From Sphagnum compactum (lineage: Eukaryota), in contig OZ234493.1 of assembly GCA_965153455.1 (NCBI GenBank), forward strand, positions 6,624,213 through 6,688,212: DNA of 64,000 nt, written 5' to 3'. The notes beneath the pieces were generated by a model. It was not told where the DNA came from. It ran no database searches and worked only from the letters and a program-made list of their open reading frames with translations. The translations under genes were made by a program, and so were the position numbers. Positions 13,764 to 28,990 of this stretch are shown here, one piece after another. Position 1 is the stretch's first letter. Each line of letters opens with the position of its first letter.

Positions 13764-16700
13764 TAATTGAGTGGGAAAGGGCGAGCTTAGGTGTTGAGTT
13801 ACCCTCAAAGCCCTATCAAATTGGGGAAGTATATTGGCCCATTGTTCCGTAGTTGGTTTTCTTGAGTAAATGATTTCAGGGACTTGTTTTCAGTTCAGAG
13901 ATTAATAACGGGGCTTGCATTACACACAACCAATCTTCTCCAACGATGAGAAAAGAGAAAAGGAAAGTGCAAGGGGCTAATGTCTATATGGATGATTTCA
14001 CAAATTGTTGTTCAATCTGTTTCCAAGAACACTTCCTGTACAAAAAGAAACCATGTTTTTGAACCTAAAGGCGTGAGCCTCACCCTCATGCTCAAGAAGA
14101 GGAAACCGCAAAACAATCAACAACAAGTGCAGTGCAGTTTACACACATGTAATAATGCCTTGGTGTAGTGATGAAAGGAAATCACCAAATGGCCTTTGCA
14201 ATGCAGAGTTAGGGCCTGTACTTGTACTCAGCTGAAAGCTTCTGTTTGTTGTTGACTTAGTTTCTGTACCAGTGATTTTCTGAAATTTGTGTGCTATGAT
14301 GTGAGAAATGAAGTTTCTTGGGATTTCTGATAGCCAAACTTCAGGGTGATATTTAGTAAAAAAAAGCCACCAGATTCTACATGGGGTTTTCAGTAAATAG
14401 CCAACAATAGACAAGGATGCTGAGATGTTTTTATTTTCATATTTTATTTATAGCCAAATTTGACAAAATCATCACGTGAATGATCACCAGTGCCACTGGG
14501 GAAATATCACAAAATTGTAAGTTTAAGAAAAAACAAGAGAAAACAGCAGCAGCAGCAGCAGCACTTCTGTTTAAATCTGAACAACTTCAATTACTATGCA
14601 TGTAAGAAAGTGAATTTATAGAAACTTAAATCCCCAAAATTCTTTTAATATAGCAGAGTAGGACAATATGAAGTCCACCAGAAAACAGAAAAATATTCAA
14701 AAAAAAGGAAAACCCTCGAGTATTTGCACTGCAGACAGACAAACTTCTATACATACAAAGACAACAATATGATTATTATTATTATTATTATTAACTTGCC
14801 ATCTGATGCCTGGAAGAACAATAATAATTAAATTAATCTTGTACCCAGCACTACTTAACAAGCAATCTGACAAATCATAGAGAGCCCTAGAAACCATGCA
14901 AACTATTTTTCAAAAACCAACATGAATAACTCCGCAAACCTTGTACTTTTTATTCTTAGAAGAGTACAGAAATGATTTCCAAGTATGTGTAAACTGTCAC
15001 AAGAAAAGCATCAAAGTTTATGAAACTTATCAAACCTGGTACTTATTATTGTTTGAGCACACCAATGAATTGCAAAATAGTAATCTTGTCTCACCTAACT
15101 CTTACACAAGGAAATAGTTATTAAGCCTTAAATGTGTTATGTAGAAATGCAATGCATTAGAAGATTAATTTTGTGAAATATAAAAACATTAATGCCTAAA
15201 TTTATGTTTTATTGAATTGGGCAAAGTTGTGTGGTTTGTATGTATGAATCAATGAGAGAGTGGCATGTGGACTAAACAATGTAGCCCACTAGATGTGTAA
15301 GAATATTTGATGGACCTATACAATATGTGTGTTTGTGCTTTGAAGTTATTTTAAAAGTAGCATGCATTGTGCAAGGCATTTTGGGATCCACCTTGTGCAT
15401 AGCTTAATGATACAAAGTAAAATCTCCATTTGTAATAGGATGGAATGATTGTATGGACAAAAACTATATATGGACAAAGTAATTTAGATTAGTCAAGGAT
15501 TCAAAAGGACTATTAAACAACACCCAATAATTATTCTTTTTTCTTTGGACCTTGTTTTTAAAAATACTCTAAGTGTAGGAACATAGAATTATACCATAGT
15601 TGTAATATATTAAGCATTATAATTTAAAATTACCTTTTGCAATCCTTTCTAAATAAGTCATTCCTTTTTGAAGCCCTCACTATGAATGAGCCCAACTATT
15701 GTGAATCTTTGAAGTTATTACTATACTTATGATATGAGAATTTTGGGAGGTCATTTATTTTTCAAGACTAGATCAACAATAACCAAAGATGCAAAAATAA
15801 AAAGGGGAAGCATCAATCATATGTATATAGCTATTTCAACAAAGACTAAAAATGGATTTCCAAGTTCAATGTTATATGTGCATAGTTGGTGTGTTTGTGC
15901 ATAACATATTTCATTCATGCCTTGCATTTTAAATTGGAATTTTTCCTTGCATGTGTTATACATAGATGCTATCTTTACCTCAATTTAGTGTTCAAAAGCA
16001 TAGGAGAGATGTTTGGCAACTAAGTATTGCTCCAATGTTTTAGACATTCACCTCTTCTCCAAACATTGGAAAAGGTTATGTTTAACAACCAATTGTTAAA
16101 CTAGTTCTAAGCCATCTAGCTTCAAAGGAGGAGGAGGAATTTGTTAATGCAAAAAGCATTAGAAAAAAAAGTTCATGATAAATCTCAAGTAGTTGTGTAC
16201 GAATTGTTATGTATTAAATAAAATGTCTAATGTTTTGCAAACTCATCCCCATATGTTTGTACATGTCCCAAAACTGAAATTTTCAGTAAGTCACATCCCA
16301 CAAAATTGGATGTCCAAAAACTGAAATATGTGCTAAGAAAAACAACATTGCTAATATGTACTCAACTTTATGAAATAATGCATAAATTCTTCTCATATTT
16401 TGTTTATAACCAAATTTAACTAAACCATCTAAGAGCAACCCTAGTGATGCATTGTATTTGAGATAATATCATTAATTATCAAATGCAAATCTAATGCTAA
16501 ATGTTTAGCCTTCGTTCACCAATGAATAACAAATATGGATACTTACCTTAAAATATATATATATTTTTGTCAATGTGGAAACTAACATTAGGTAACAATA
16601 GTATACATTGAGGGTGCATATAAATACCAATTACTATGGTCTCCAATCAATAGTAATTGATGCCAGATGGTCAACTAACCAAAAACAATCATTTTCTTTT

Positions 16701-18849
16701 TCGATGTTTCTGGACACACCCAAGGTATCGTAAGTGAATTTATTGTCCAACTAAGCCCATTTTGAAACCTTTGTGACAATGACTTCATCCAAAATTTGTG
16801 GTATAGACCATTTTACTCCAACTATTGGAACTACTCTTACATGCATCATGATTGATCCCAACATCCACTCATGCTACATCACAAAATGGGGGGGGGTTGG
16901 GGGGGAGGGGGAAGAGAGAGAGACACACACACGTGCGCGCACACACACACATTGGTTTGAAAGAAGACTCAACAAAATTCGACTTGAGTGCAATCCCACG
17001 TTTTCTTTGGGAGCCAAATTATCATCAAGATGATCAATAAGGATTTTACATGATGAGGTTTGATGGACCTGAGAAAATTATAAGCCTCTGCCAGGAGGTT
17101 CAGATTCCAAAAGGAAGGAAGTCCCTTCGTCAGGTTTCCTGATGATGGGTGGGGAACTTGTTGGGCAATGGGATTCAAGATTCTATTTTCTTTGCTGCTC
17201 AAATGAAAAACAGGTGACCATCAGTCTCAAGTGCTTACTTCCGTAAGCTGAAAGATCATGATTGTCAAAAGCAATATTAATTTGCTTCCAATTTAGGCAA
17301 TGGCAGAATTTTATCTGGTCAATCTTTTGATGTACCCCGAATTTGGGATGATCCATAAGAAGATTTAGCCCAAAATGATGACCTAGCCCAAATTTGGCTA
17401 TCACCGAGATGTCAAAGTAAAAAACTTTAAGCACACTACATACTACATATTTTTGGCTAAATCTGGCACAGAAATCTCAATATTTTTATTTTATTTTATT
17501 CAAAATTCCTACATTGAAGACCCCCAAAATCACTTCATTTTGACATTTTCAATTTTCAATTTCTCTTTTTGGCGAAATTCAGTCAGTGAATGAAGTACAG
17601 GCTGGGCCATGGCTAGCAGTGAGCACTCATGTAGCTGAATTACATAGTAGGGTAATGCTTCCAAAATTCAGTGGTTTCTCCTCACCCACTCTCCAACCAC
17701 AATTAATGTGGTCAAATGATGGCAAAAGGATTTCTATAGTCACTGAGTCACCAAGGGATATCACTATTTCTCAACCGACTTTGAAAGAACCCACATATGG
17801 CAGTCGTATAGAGTTAATGGGAGGAGGACCAAGTCAGAAAATTGACTTCAATAGTGGGCCAGTGTCTCTCCACATTTTACCACAAAACCCCTCAACTATT
17901 TGAGTGAGATAGGGTACAAATAATGGGTGAGTGCAAAATCTACACTGGGTAAATCTACACTGCCTGATTGATGAAAATCAATGGTACCTTTTTTACCTTT
18001 CCACCCGGAGTATTTGATTTTCACTTCAAATGTGGATAAAATGTTTTGATGCAGGTAAAAACTAAAAACAAGGTAGATGCAACTTTGCAAGTATCATACC
18101 AGTCTCCTTTTTCTTTTTTTTTTGTTTTTCTGGGGTGAAAAATTGCCAAATGGTGACACGTGTGAGGGTCCAGCAATAGCCCCATTGTAAAACTAGGCCC
18201 CAAATTTGGGCCATATTGCCTAATCTGCTTGGTGACAAGTGGCATAATCGCCATTGTGTAGAAACCTTGATCTTGCCACTATCTCTATCCTTGCCACCTC
18301 CTACTCGCCATGATCATGAGCATCATGTAGGATCTCTTCACCATTATGCATTGCATTGTTCAAGCACATTCACTAGCACCTATGACATGAGAAACCTAAC
18401 ATTCGCATGTTCCTTGTGACATCAACATAATTAAAAATTTGCCAGCAAGTTTAGTACATTGGGATTATATAAGATCTATTGTACATAACATAATGTTGCA
18501 AAATGCACTATGATAGTAATTAAGTTTTAATTTTGTCAAAACTAGTTATTGCAAATTACAACTTATCATTTATGTTTGTGTTTTTGTTTTCGGGAAATTT
18601 CATGAATTTTGAGAGCTTATGGTTGGATTGGATTTGGCAGAGATTTTGCATTGGTGTATGAGATGTGAGCAATTTGGAGTATCGTCAAGGACATTTGATT
18701 AATGGGAATTTTCAATCCCATGATTTTGGCAATGGTCATTTCATTAGAATTGGATCTAATGAAAAGGTTGGAAAGTATTTTGTAAGGATTATATGTCTTC
18801 TTTGTGCAAAATTCAAAGAAATTTTTATAATTCTAAAAGCTTGCTAACT

Positions 18850-20070
18850 TAATCAACATTAAAGGTAAAAAAATTGCTCTAGAATGTTAAAACCTGCTAG
18901 ATATTTATGCATTTTCTAAAACACATATATGTGGAATATTTCCCTTTAACTATGAGAATGCATGTAATTAGTTCCAAGAATGAGGTTGCTTTGAAAAACC
19001 TCAATGCTTTGTGTGATGTCAAATTCATTCTTAGGCTCCCCTACATTCTTCTTGTACTTGAATGTGTGTGTACACGCATCAATCAAAATTACACAAAACA
19101 AGGATTTGTTTGTGTGATTTTGTGGAGCCCATTAAGTTGACCCAACAAGAGTTATACCAATTCTATTGCGATCTTTTTACCAAATATAAAGATGAAACTT
19201 TTGATGATTTCAATTTAATTGAAGCTTTTAACCAATGATAACTTTCCCTTGAACTAGTTTTCTAATCTAAATGGTGGAGAGAATGTTTTCCATCTCACAT
19301 TCTCATTTACTCATTGTAAATACCTTATCTATTACGAGTCCCATGTTGATGGTTTTGGAAAAAACCATGTCACCAAGGATGCTTTTCGTTAGGCCATCAC
19401 TAAAAAATATTATCTACAAGGTATAATCAACGATGTATCCAATTAGGCCACACAAAGTGAAAAAGAATGTGAAAATACAATTTAGGACCTTATTGTTTCA
19501 CTGCTTCCCAACACATGAAATAATGGCAGCCTTGGGTGTGGTGTATCCAGAATTCTAGGCTATAAATGGAAAAAATGGTAGAATTTTTTTTTCACTCACC
19601 TAAATTTGTTGAAGGCCACATTTTGTGTGCCTTGCAAGGCAACTAATGAAAGTGAAAATTTTTGTCCTACCTTATTTTCAAGTCAAACCTTTGATTTGCA
19701 AACTTTGTTTTCAAGATAACCATGTTATATAATGTGGAGGCAATTATGTGAGAAGACAACCAAATCAATCAAATCACAAGGCTTTGGCAGAAAATTGCCA
19801 CATTTGACATCTTCAAGCATAAACTTTTAGAATACATTAAGTTGTTTGAAATCATTATGTTCTAGGTGCTTGATTTTGTTGAGGATGAATGAATGAATGT
19901 TTAACACCATCAATTTCATGAAAAATAGGTTGCAAAACAAGCTCAACAAACATTTGGGTCTATGCATTAGATTCTGTAGTCAACATTCTTTTCTATGCAT
20001 AATTTTTCGTATGAGCAACCATTGTCAAGTGGCTTACCAAAGTTTGATATTGTGTTGATGCATACATAGT
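18850..20070 (+). pseudogene. Decayed hAT-like transposase (C-terminal dimerisation region)
   Basis: ITRLWQKIA...VLDFVEDE*MFNTINFMKNRLQNKLNKHLGLCIRF resembles the ER-x-FS...K-x-x-LRNRL signature. Multiple stops and frameshifts; the start is approximate. Confidence 0.65.
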
Positions 20071-23000
20071 AACATGCATGGTCTTGGTGGTTTGCAAAGT
20101 GCAAATTTGTTGGCAAATTGGATTTGGAGGCCATAATTTGATCTCCTTATTCTTAATTTTAAAAATCAATTTAATTTGTTGCTTCCAAACTTGGAATTTT
20201 TTGCTTATGGTTGGTTAAGTTGTAAGCAAAATTGTCTGTACTGGCAACCTACATGTTCATAATTGCCTGTAATTTTGGAGAATATTAAGTCATTTGATGT
20301 TATTAGTTCATCACCAAATTTTTGGGTCATGGTCGTTACTTTCAAGGTTCATGAGGAGTTACAACATACATGTTTGAAGGTTTGAATTATTTTAATCTTT
20401 AAACTTGAGAGGGTGCAAGCATGGTCAAGTAGACAAAAAAAGTAATCCACCCAAAATGCAATTTAAAAATGACAGAACTTTTCAATATAAACACATGAAA
20501 GTAGATTAAAAACTTGTGAAAGTAAAAATATGAAGAACATGGCCCTCCATTTAGTTTATGGTAAGTTGAGTACAAAATTTGAAAAACTTTGGTATCATAA
20601 ACTAGGTGAGAAGTAGATTTGAATCTAGTAGGGTCAATGTTGGTGTTCAAATCTACTTTTACACTAGAAGTTTTATGTATATGCTTATAACATGCATAAT
20701 TTGATAATACACACTTTTTTTTTAAAGCTCCATTAACTTGAAAGTAGTAAAAGTTCAATATTTCATTTACTTGCAACCCATTTTGTAAAATCAAACACTT
20801 CTTGCAAGTAGATGCAATTTTGTAAAATTTGTTTAAATCTACGTGAAGATGTTCGTTTTTCAATATTATAACATTATAATGAAAGATTATCTTCATACTA
20901 ATCATGGAATAAAATAAAATTTCTATTTTCAATGCATAAAAAATCTTTTGTGTTTTACTTGTAATTTTTTGTGACAAGGTACTTTTTTTGTCTACATGAC
21001 CATGTTTTCACCTGGGAATTTTTTTTTCATTTAAGCAAGACTTGGACTTGGATATATGTCCTTTATCATGTAAACTCAAGGTTTTGAGTGTTTGATTTTT
21101 TTCGTAGGTCTTAGCCAATGCAAGTTTCAAATCAATGAATTTCCATTCCTGTACATGGCCAAGTGACTAGTCTTTTGCTCATGACTCCTTAGACCAAGTG
21201 GTGGAAATACATTTGTTAGTTGGTTAGTCCACACAAATCACATGATCTAATGTTTGATTTGAAACATAACCCCTATTTAATACTTACCACTATTACATAT
21301 GCTTTAAAGACGAATCAAATTTGTTGCATTTTTTACCAAAATGTTCATGTCTCCTTTAAATGAATTTTTTGGCAAGGGCTTTGAATTTGTATTCTAATTG
21401 AGTTTTGGGTGTAGGAAAGGTTTAAGTTGCAATAGGGAACACCCTTTTAGGGGTTGGGGTTCAAATCCCCTTCAAACTTCAAACTATTTAGGATTTAATT
21501 TGGGTGGATTGATATAATTTCCATTTTTTTGGCTAGATCATTTGATGATTAATTTGTTGTTGCTTAAATATAACATCTCCTTTGAAATATACATGAATCA
21601 AGAATCAAGATATGTATTATGGAGTCATTTGAACTTTGAAGGTATGGCAATAGTCATTTTCAAGTTTAAAGAATCTCTTGTTTATGGTTTGAACTTTTGA
21701 GTCACTTATCACATATGTGTTTTGAAAGTTAGGGAAAGGCTAAAACTATTTAAGAACATTAGATGTATGAAGTGTGTTAACCTCTTGTTGGAACTTGGTG
21801 ACTTTATGTATCCAATCTACCCCTTTTGCAAATAACCCAATTGCCAAATGTATTCCCTTTGTAAAAAGCCCGTAGCCAAAGCACATGTCATTAGTGTGTT
21901 CAATCACCTTTACTATCATTATAGCCATCCTACAGACATGTGGAAATGAAAAATAGCCATCATAGCCACTCTTTTATAAAAAAATTGCTAAGTCAACTCC
22001 ACCTCACACAAATGCTTAGTAATTTATGCTAATATGTGAAAGCTTAAATGTGTAGCTTCAAATAACAACTAGCTATAGTTAAAATGACTTTATATGCATT
22101 CCCACATTATGCATGTGATAATTACATGTTGTGAAATACAAATTATAAAAGTTGAAAGAAATTTCATTTCTACCCAAAATTTTACGCACTCTAGAAAAAG
22201 CTTGATCCTTGAAAAGTTTCCTGAATTTTATTTTTCAGATGCTTGAAAAAATTTAGGCAAGTGCTACCTTCAAATTGAAAAAAAAAACTCTTTAGGTTCA
22301 TTTAGCTGTTACAAATAATCAATATGCATTTTCAATAGTGATTAGTGTTTGTACATTCAAGTAACACATGTGTTCAAGCTTGCAAAACATTAGTGTTGTT
22401 TTAAATTGTTAAGAACTTGCCTTGGAAGTTAAAATTTTTTAAGACTATTTGTCAAAGCTTTAAAGACTTGGCAAAGACTTAGTTTTGTAGGACATTGTTG
22501 AAGATTTGGCATGTGTTTTAAAGGGGGTCTTCCAAAAACCCTAATAAAAAAACCTTTTTGTACATGTCTAAGATTTTGTTAAAAATCGGGCTTTATATTC
22601 GATTAATCACATACCTTAACCCCTGCCCCCACCTCATAATCACCCCTCTTTGGCTTTTTAAGACCTAAACCTAGGTGGTTATTTAAATCTTTTAAAAATA
22701 AAATAATCACATTTAGGTGATTTTTTGAATTTTTTATTTTCAAATACCTAGACCCGATTATTATTTTTAAAACCAAATACCTGCCCCACATTGGTTCTTT
22801 CACCATCTTGATTGAGACCTCTTAAATAAGAAACCAACACCTTAATAAAGAAAAAACACCAATTTAGAAGCGAAAGGAAGGAAACATGAAAATAGGACCA
22901 TGGTCCAATGTTGAAACAATGCCCAGAAGCAAAAGGGAGGAAAAGGCACAAGCCCAAATTCAAAGGAAGGAAAAGGCACTAGCCCAAATTCAAAACTTAA

Positions 23001-23872
23001 GCCTACATCCTAACCCTTTGCTAATCATGCAAAGCAAATCAGACAAAACGAGGGGGAGGGAAGGCTCTTAAAAGCTTTGAGCTACATAAATGTCAAATTT
23101 GAACTTAGAGACCTTGATTTAGCCTGAGGATTATACACTTACAACCAAACACAGTTGGGGATTTTACAATGGTACTAATATAGGTGATGGTTCACCCAAA
23201 TTGAAAATATTCACATAGGGTAAATTGGCCCATGATTGAACACTTAACGGTTCAAACTCCAGAGTTTTAGTAACTGGCCATTTTATGGTCATGGTCTTCA
23301 AAGAAATTAGTTGCCCTTTGAGCCAAAGCATTAGTAGGCCTTGACAAAAGTTGATTTTGAACTAGAATGAAAAAGTTATGACCCCCCAAAGTTAGGGGGT
23401 CTTGTTTGAAAAAACTTGAATAAAACATATAAGGCCCTTATTTTCATGCATTTTAGACCCTATGAACAAACACTTAAAAACTTATAAAAGGACACCTTAC
23501 CTCCTATAAATGGGAAAATATATATTTAATTAAGTTTGGATTATTTTTAATTACTGTTCATATTTTTCAAATTTTGAAATAAGGCCAAATATTTGCAACA
23601 CAAGCTGCTCAGTCACAGCGCCTTAAGGGTTTTGAAATATAATTTTTTTGAATAATAGCCTAAAACCCTAAAATTGATGATCCTTGTGAGGCCACATGGG
23701 CCAATTTGCCTATCTCTCCCAAGATGTGAAAAAAGAATATTGTAGAGATGGCCATTTCTCTTTGTCTGTTTCCCTCTCGTCTCTTTGAGGTCTCTTATCC
23801 TTTCCCTCTTTGTTTATTATCAATTTGCTGTAGGTTCTATTTGTCTTTGTGTGCCCATCAATGATTTCACTG

Positions 23873-24118
23873 TCATTGCTACTCTTGATGTTGTTAATGA
23901 ATTGACTCCCTTGTGATCTTGTTGATGTTGCTTGTTGTTGCTATTTGACTATTATTACAAATGATGCACATGTCAAGCTTCTCATGTCGTGAAATTTCCT
24001 ATCATTGTTGTTCTTGATGTTGTTGATGATCTGATTCCCTTATGATCTTGCTGATGTTGCTTGTTGTTACTATGTGACTAATGTTGTAAATGACGTGTAG
24101 GTTAGGTTTTTCATGTCG
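23873..24118. repeat. Diverged ~129-bp tandem duplication
   Basis: TCATTG..TCTTGATGTTGTT...GATGTTGCTTGTTGTT...TCATGTCG occurs twice. Confidence 0.8.
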
Positions 24119-25649
24119 CAAGATGAGATGCAATGCTGCACGGATGAACTGTATATTTCATGTTAATTTATTTATTACCAGTCTAGCATATGCATTTGTG
24201 TTTTTAGAGACCTTTTTCTTGTCATTTTCACCTAGTTCATCTCCAAAATTGAATTAATGGCCAATGTTATTTGCACCTAGAAGTCATATGTTGCTTAAGT
24301 GGTAGTTTGGAATATTTGTTAAAAAGTTACTTGGGTAGTAGAAACTCGCATGATGTTGGCTTGCCAATAATCTCTCCATCCTTTATGGTCCAATGTTTCA
24401 TGTGATATATAACAGTTTTTCTAGAACCAAAACAATTTGATAGGATGTTGAAGAACTATGGTTGATCAAAGCAGTGGGTGGTGGGGTTTGTCTTCAATTC
24501 ATTAAAACTTTGTCACTAGGTGTGGATGTGTTTATATGTCTGTAGTCAAAATTAGGATCAACTAGTGCAAAGAGCAAGGAACATCAAGTGAGAACAAGGA
24601 CACATAGCTCCTACGGCAAATAGTAAGTGAAAAGGTAGTGCTAACTGTGCCTTAGTTGTCTTTGGATTAGAGAAGTTCAGTTCATTTGTTGCCTAGTGAG
24701 ATGGATCAACAAAAATCATAGAATATGAGAAAGATTCCAAATCATTCCATGAATATAGGTTTTGGTGGTTTAGATTATCCAGCCATGAACAAGCTTTACT
24801 TACCAAGCTTTACTTACCTGAGCTTGAACTAACCATGATTCCCACTTTGCAGTCAAGCCACAAACTAAAAGCATGTCTAGGGTCTAAGTTGCGTCATGCT
24901 ACTTGGTTCATTTGTTGAAGTAAGTGCAAGTGTGTTTGATGTCACAATTACAGACTACAATTAAGAAATGACTTGAAACATTGAAGATTTTTTTTAGTCA
25001 AACATTCTCTTATTGAGAACAACTAATAGCGACATGTACATGATGTAGCATTACAACACTAGCAGTGGTCGAAAACTTGCAAGAGTTGTATTGCTTGATC
25101 CTTGTGGACACTCCCTGGGCCCCCTACTTTTCTGAGTGTATCATTTCTAAAGTAAATATTTTGTTTATAATTTGTTATTTTGCAACTAGGCTACATAATA
25201 TAGAGATCCAAAAATGTAATTTATATTTATCTTTAGTAGCATCTTGTATGGTTCAATTGTTTGGGCACTTTATACATATTCTTGGTTTCCTTGTGTTCTC
25301 ATATCTATTTGTGTACTGACTTGAATTGGTATTGCCAACACATGGAATGGTGGTCCCAGGACCTAGATGACATGAACATAGAAATCATGCGTAGTATTTT
25401 GTACAAAGCAAAATTGGACAATACAAGGTAAAACCCAAAGGAGTCTAGAGTAGGTGATTGGTGAAAGTGTAGATTACTGTGAATAGTTGAATGGTGACAA
25501 AGAGTTGAAGAATTACTAACCTACCAAGTGATGTTATTTATTAGGTGAGGGGGATGCATAAATGCACCACGTGTGGAACTCTGTTCTTGGCATATCAAAA
25601 ACTAGACATTGTCTTTGGAGGATTGGGTAAATCCCCACTTTATGTTTGG

Positions 25650-28620
25650 CCTAATATCAACCTATCAACCCATACATGCAAATGACGCCATCATGCTGAA
25701 ATTCGACTCCATCTCTAAATCTCTTTTTCTTTCCCTTCTACCATCAAAAACCCACCTCAAACCCTTACCTTTCACTATTGTTGAGTGGAAGGTTGTAACT
25801 TGGCTAAAACATGTCCAACAAGTTGCATTTTTCTCTTTCTTTGTTCTTTGGCTATTTTTTGCTATTGAGATGTCACTCCTAAGCGAAATCCTCTATACCC
25901 CAAAGGATGGGCTCTAAATTCTACCTTGAAATTGTTGTGGAATCATTCACCAATAACCCTAATTGTTGCAGTAGACCATACATTATTGAACCTAGCTCTA
26001 TTTTTTTCTTCAACATTCCTATAAGATACTCTCTCCGCTAAGGTAAGTGTATGTTTAATGTCCCGTCTTGATATCTTTTTCTTTCTTTCTTTTGCTGTTC
26101 ATTCCTTGATTTTATGAGCAACTTCTTTCACCAATGCCTTTGGCTCAACATTGCTAAATAGTGGTTTGATGTGACCACATGTGAATTGGAATAGTCCACT
26201 AGTGGCTCTTTGCCATGTTTTTTCCGTGTTGGCAATCTTGATAAGGATAATACATCACAAATTCAATGGGTCACGATTCGACAATAATAGTCGTGCAAAA
26301 TTTGTTTTTCATAGGTTCATATGGAATAAACACAGATGTCATTCATCTACATGTGTTGTTTAAACATTAATATCATGCACATTGTTTAGACATGAATGTC
26401 ATATGCCTATTCGTATTGTTTAAACACGGATGTTGTATGTCTGTTCATGTTGTTTACACACGAAAATTGTACACATGACTTTCATGTTTAAATAATGCAT
26501 GACATTCATGTTTAACCAATACAAACCTATGAAATATCAGATTTCGCATGGATTTGGAATGGACCCATGAAGTTTGTAAATTTGTGATGTAGGTCACCCA
26601 ATTTTGCAACTCCTTAAGTTTGACTTGGAATAGTTAGGTCATCTGATTCAAGGTTGGAATTTTCCACGTTCACCATTAATTCATCTTGCTGATTGTTAAT
26701 TGGGGTGGGAGGATTGAGTGGAATTTTCACATAGAAACGAATGGAGGGTTCAAAGGGGCCAACTAATGTGGTAGGAACAAATGTGGACATCATTTGAAAA
26801 ATACCTACAATGTTCAACAAATTAGTGGCAACTTCAGCCTCATTTCCATTGTTATTGGAATCTTTTGTTACATATGGTTGGTATGCATTTTCTACTCCTT
26901 CCTCTTTTGTTGTACTAAACACTTCACTAGGACCAAATTTTTTTAACCATAGCTATAAGACTTAGTGGCCAAATCCCGCAAATCCTAAACCTTGATTTTA
27001 TTGTTTATTTCAAGGACTATAACAAAGCATTGTTCATCCATTCAGCTAATGTGACCTTGTCGAGTTCAAGATAGTTGTTTCTTGCCATTGCTAAATCTCT
27101 CTATTTTTTGGAAGCATTTTTAAAGGGCTTGAAGCAGGTGATGTCTAGTGGATGTAGCACATGTGACGTATGTGAAGGTAAGGTCACCATGTCCATCCAA
27201 GTTCTGTTGCTTGTTCAAATGCTTGAATAATGACATGTGACCCATGCCCATTAAGGATCAAAAGATGTTTGTTTTCTTAAAAAACCCCCTTGGAACATAT
27301 ATGTAAAAGAAAGTAAGCCACCACTTAAAGAGGTAAGCTATCATCAACACTTTTTTTTGCATTGCCATGCATGTTTATAGTCTACATAACTTTATGTAAT
27401 CTTCTTACCTCCTTGAACCCCTGAAAATGTGGAAGGCAGGAAAGGCTACATTTGCTGCATTGATAACACAATTTACAGTTAACCATTCCCATGAATTAAG
27501 TATGGTGTTGTAAACATCTCATGAACCTTGCTTGGCCAAAACTCTAGCACCAAATTGTTGCCCTACTTGAACATCTATCTCATTTGAATTCCAAATGTGA
27601 TTTGATTAATATTTGTGTTGTGTGTATAGGTTTTCTAAGTTACAATAAAAGGTAGGCATGTTTGACTAATTAACCGTCTTGTCCTAGAAACCTCTAGCCT
27701 TTCAACAAGACGTATGTTAATTTCTATGTGCCTTTTTTTGAACCAAAACCACTAGATATTTCTTGGAACACAATTTAAAAATGGGGTTGGTTTAGTCTAG
27801 GTGATTTCCATAACCTTCACTTTTAATTGTTGAAGGTTGACAAATAATCCAGCCTTTTGCATGTTTAGAACCCAAATAACCATTGCTTCATCCTCCTATT
27901 TTAGTTAACACATGCCTTGGGGGCCCACTTTCCTGCATTTAATTCTACCATTCAAGTGATTTGAAAATGAAATCAATGGTATGTTCCAATACTTTGCAAC
28001 CTTCCTTAGAGATGCATCTCCCCTTTCCACAACATCCATGGTATTTTCTAGTTGTTAGTTTATTCATTTGGCCCACTTTGCAGTATTAACTTGTTTATAC
28101 TTACCTCTTCCTTGGCCTTGTATTGTTATTGTGGCAAAATGGCATTGTTGCTATGTTACATTAGCGGCTAGTATTGCTTGTTGACCTTGCTATGTTGTTG
28201 GGGTGGCACGTTGGAGATGTTGATTTTCATGGTTTTCACAATTGGTACTTAAAACTTTGTTACACCACTTCCTTGGCACATTAAGATGTGATGGAGTGCA
28301 ATTTGTTAGTGGTGCACCCCTAGTACATTGTTGTAGGGTCTCCTATCACATTAGTAGATAGCCCTACTCTTCTTGGTCTCAATCTCTAAACATTTGGTGG
28401 CATCTACTTAGGTCTTACAATAGGTACAAACCTATGTTTCTTGTATAAAAACCAAGATTCTAAAAAATATGTTAGATTTGGATAGTGCTCAATGGCATAA
28501 CTTTCCACCTCTTCACAAGAAATAACTAATTCATAAAATGCAGTAAAGCCTTCCCAGTCTAATGTCACATTGCTTGTGGATGTGCATGTAGTGGGAATAT
28601 ATCTCAAGGTGCGTCATGTT
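25650..28620 (-). pseudogene. Second decayed pogo/Tc1-mariner transposase with N-terminal HTH
   Basis: HTH-like MDVVERGDASLRKVAKYWNIP, plus NHIWNSNE, HLLILNGHGSHV, DMVTLPSHTSHVLHPLDITCFKPFK and EPLVDYSNSHVVTS. Homologous to the 1.3-3.0 kb remnant. Boundaries approximate. Confidence 0.85.
26253..26589. mobile_element. TA-targeting MITE nested in the pogo transposase
   Basis: TA|CATCACAAATT ... AATTTGTGATG|TA. Removing it restores GDLLSLSRLP, matching the sister element. It contains internal TGTTTAAACA repeats. Confidence 0.8.
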
Positions 28621-28990
28621 ACAAGAGTAGGAAAATTATGACCAATGGCATTGTTAGAGTGAGATGAGCCTTTTAGGTGTGATGACTGTTGAACCCAATG
28701 ATAATAGATGTACTTTAAATACTTGTATGTGTATTCCTGCACGAGCTTTGATATGCCATTTAGTTATGCCTTTTTCTACATTACTTCCTCCTCTTCAACG
28801 TGTTTTAGTTTGATTGCAAATGTTGGAATCATTATTTCTACCTCCTATTTAATTTCAAATGCTAAAAGAACTACTTCTATCTCCTCTTTTCCACTTCATT
28901 TTTACCTCCTTGATCTTAGATGCAACCAACTCACTATTTGATCCCTTATTGATCCCACTCTATAATCTCTCTAGAAAACTTTCAAACATC

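Noticed and set aside
17049-17143. Possible C/D-box snoRNA (ATGATGA...CTGA)
   Set aside because: There is no terminal stem or recognisable rRNA guide, and such short boxes occur by chance.
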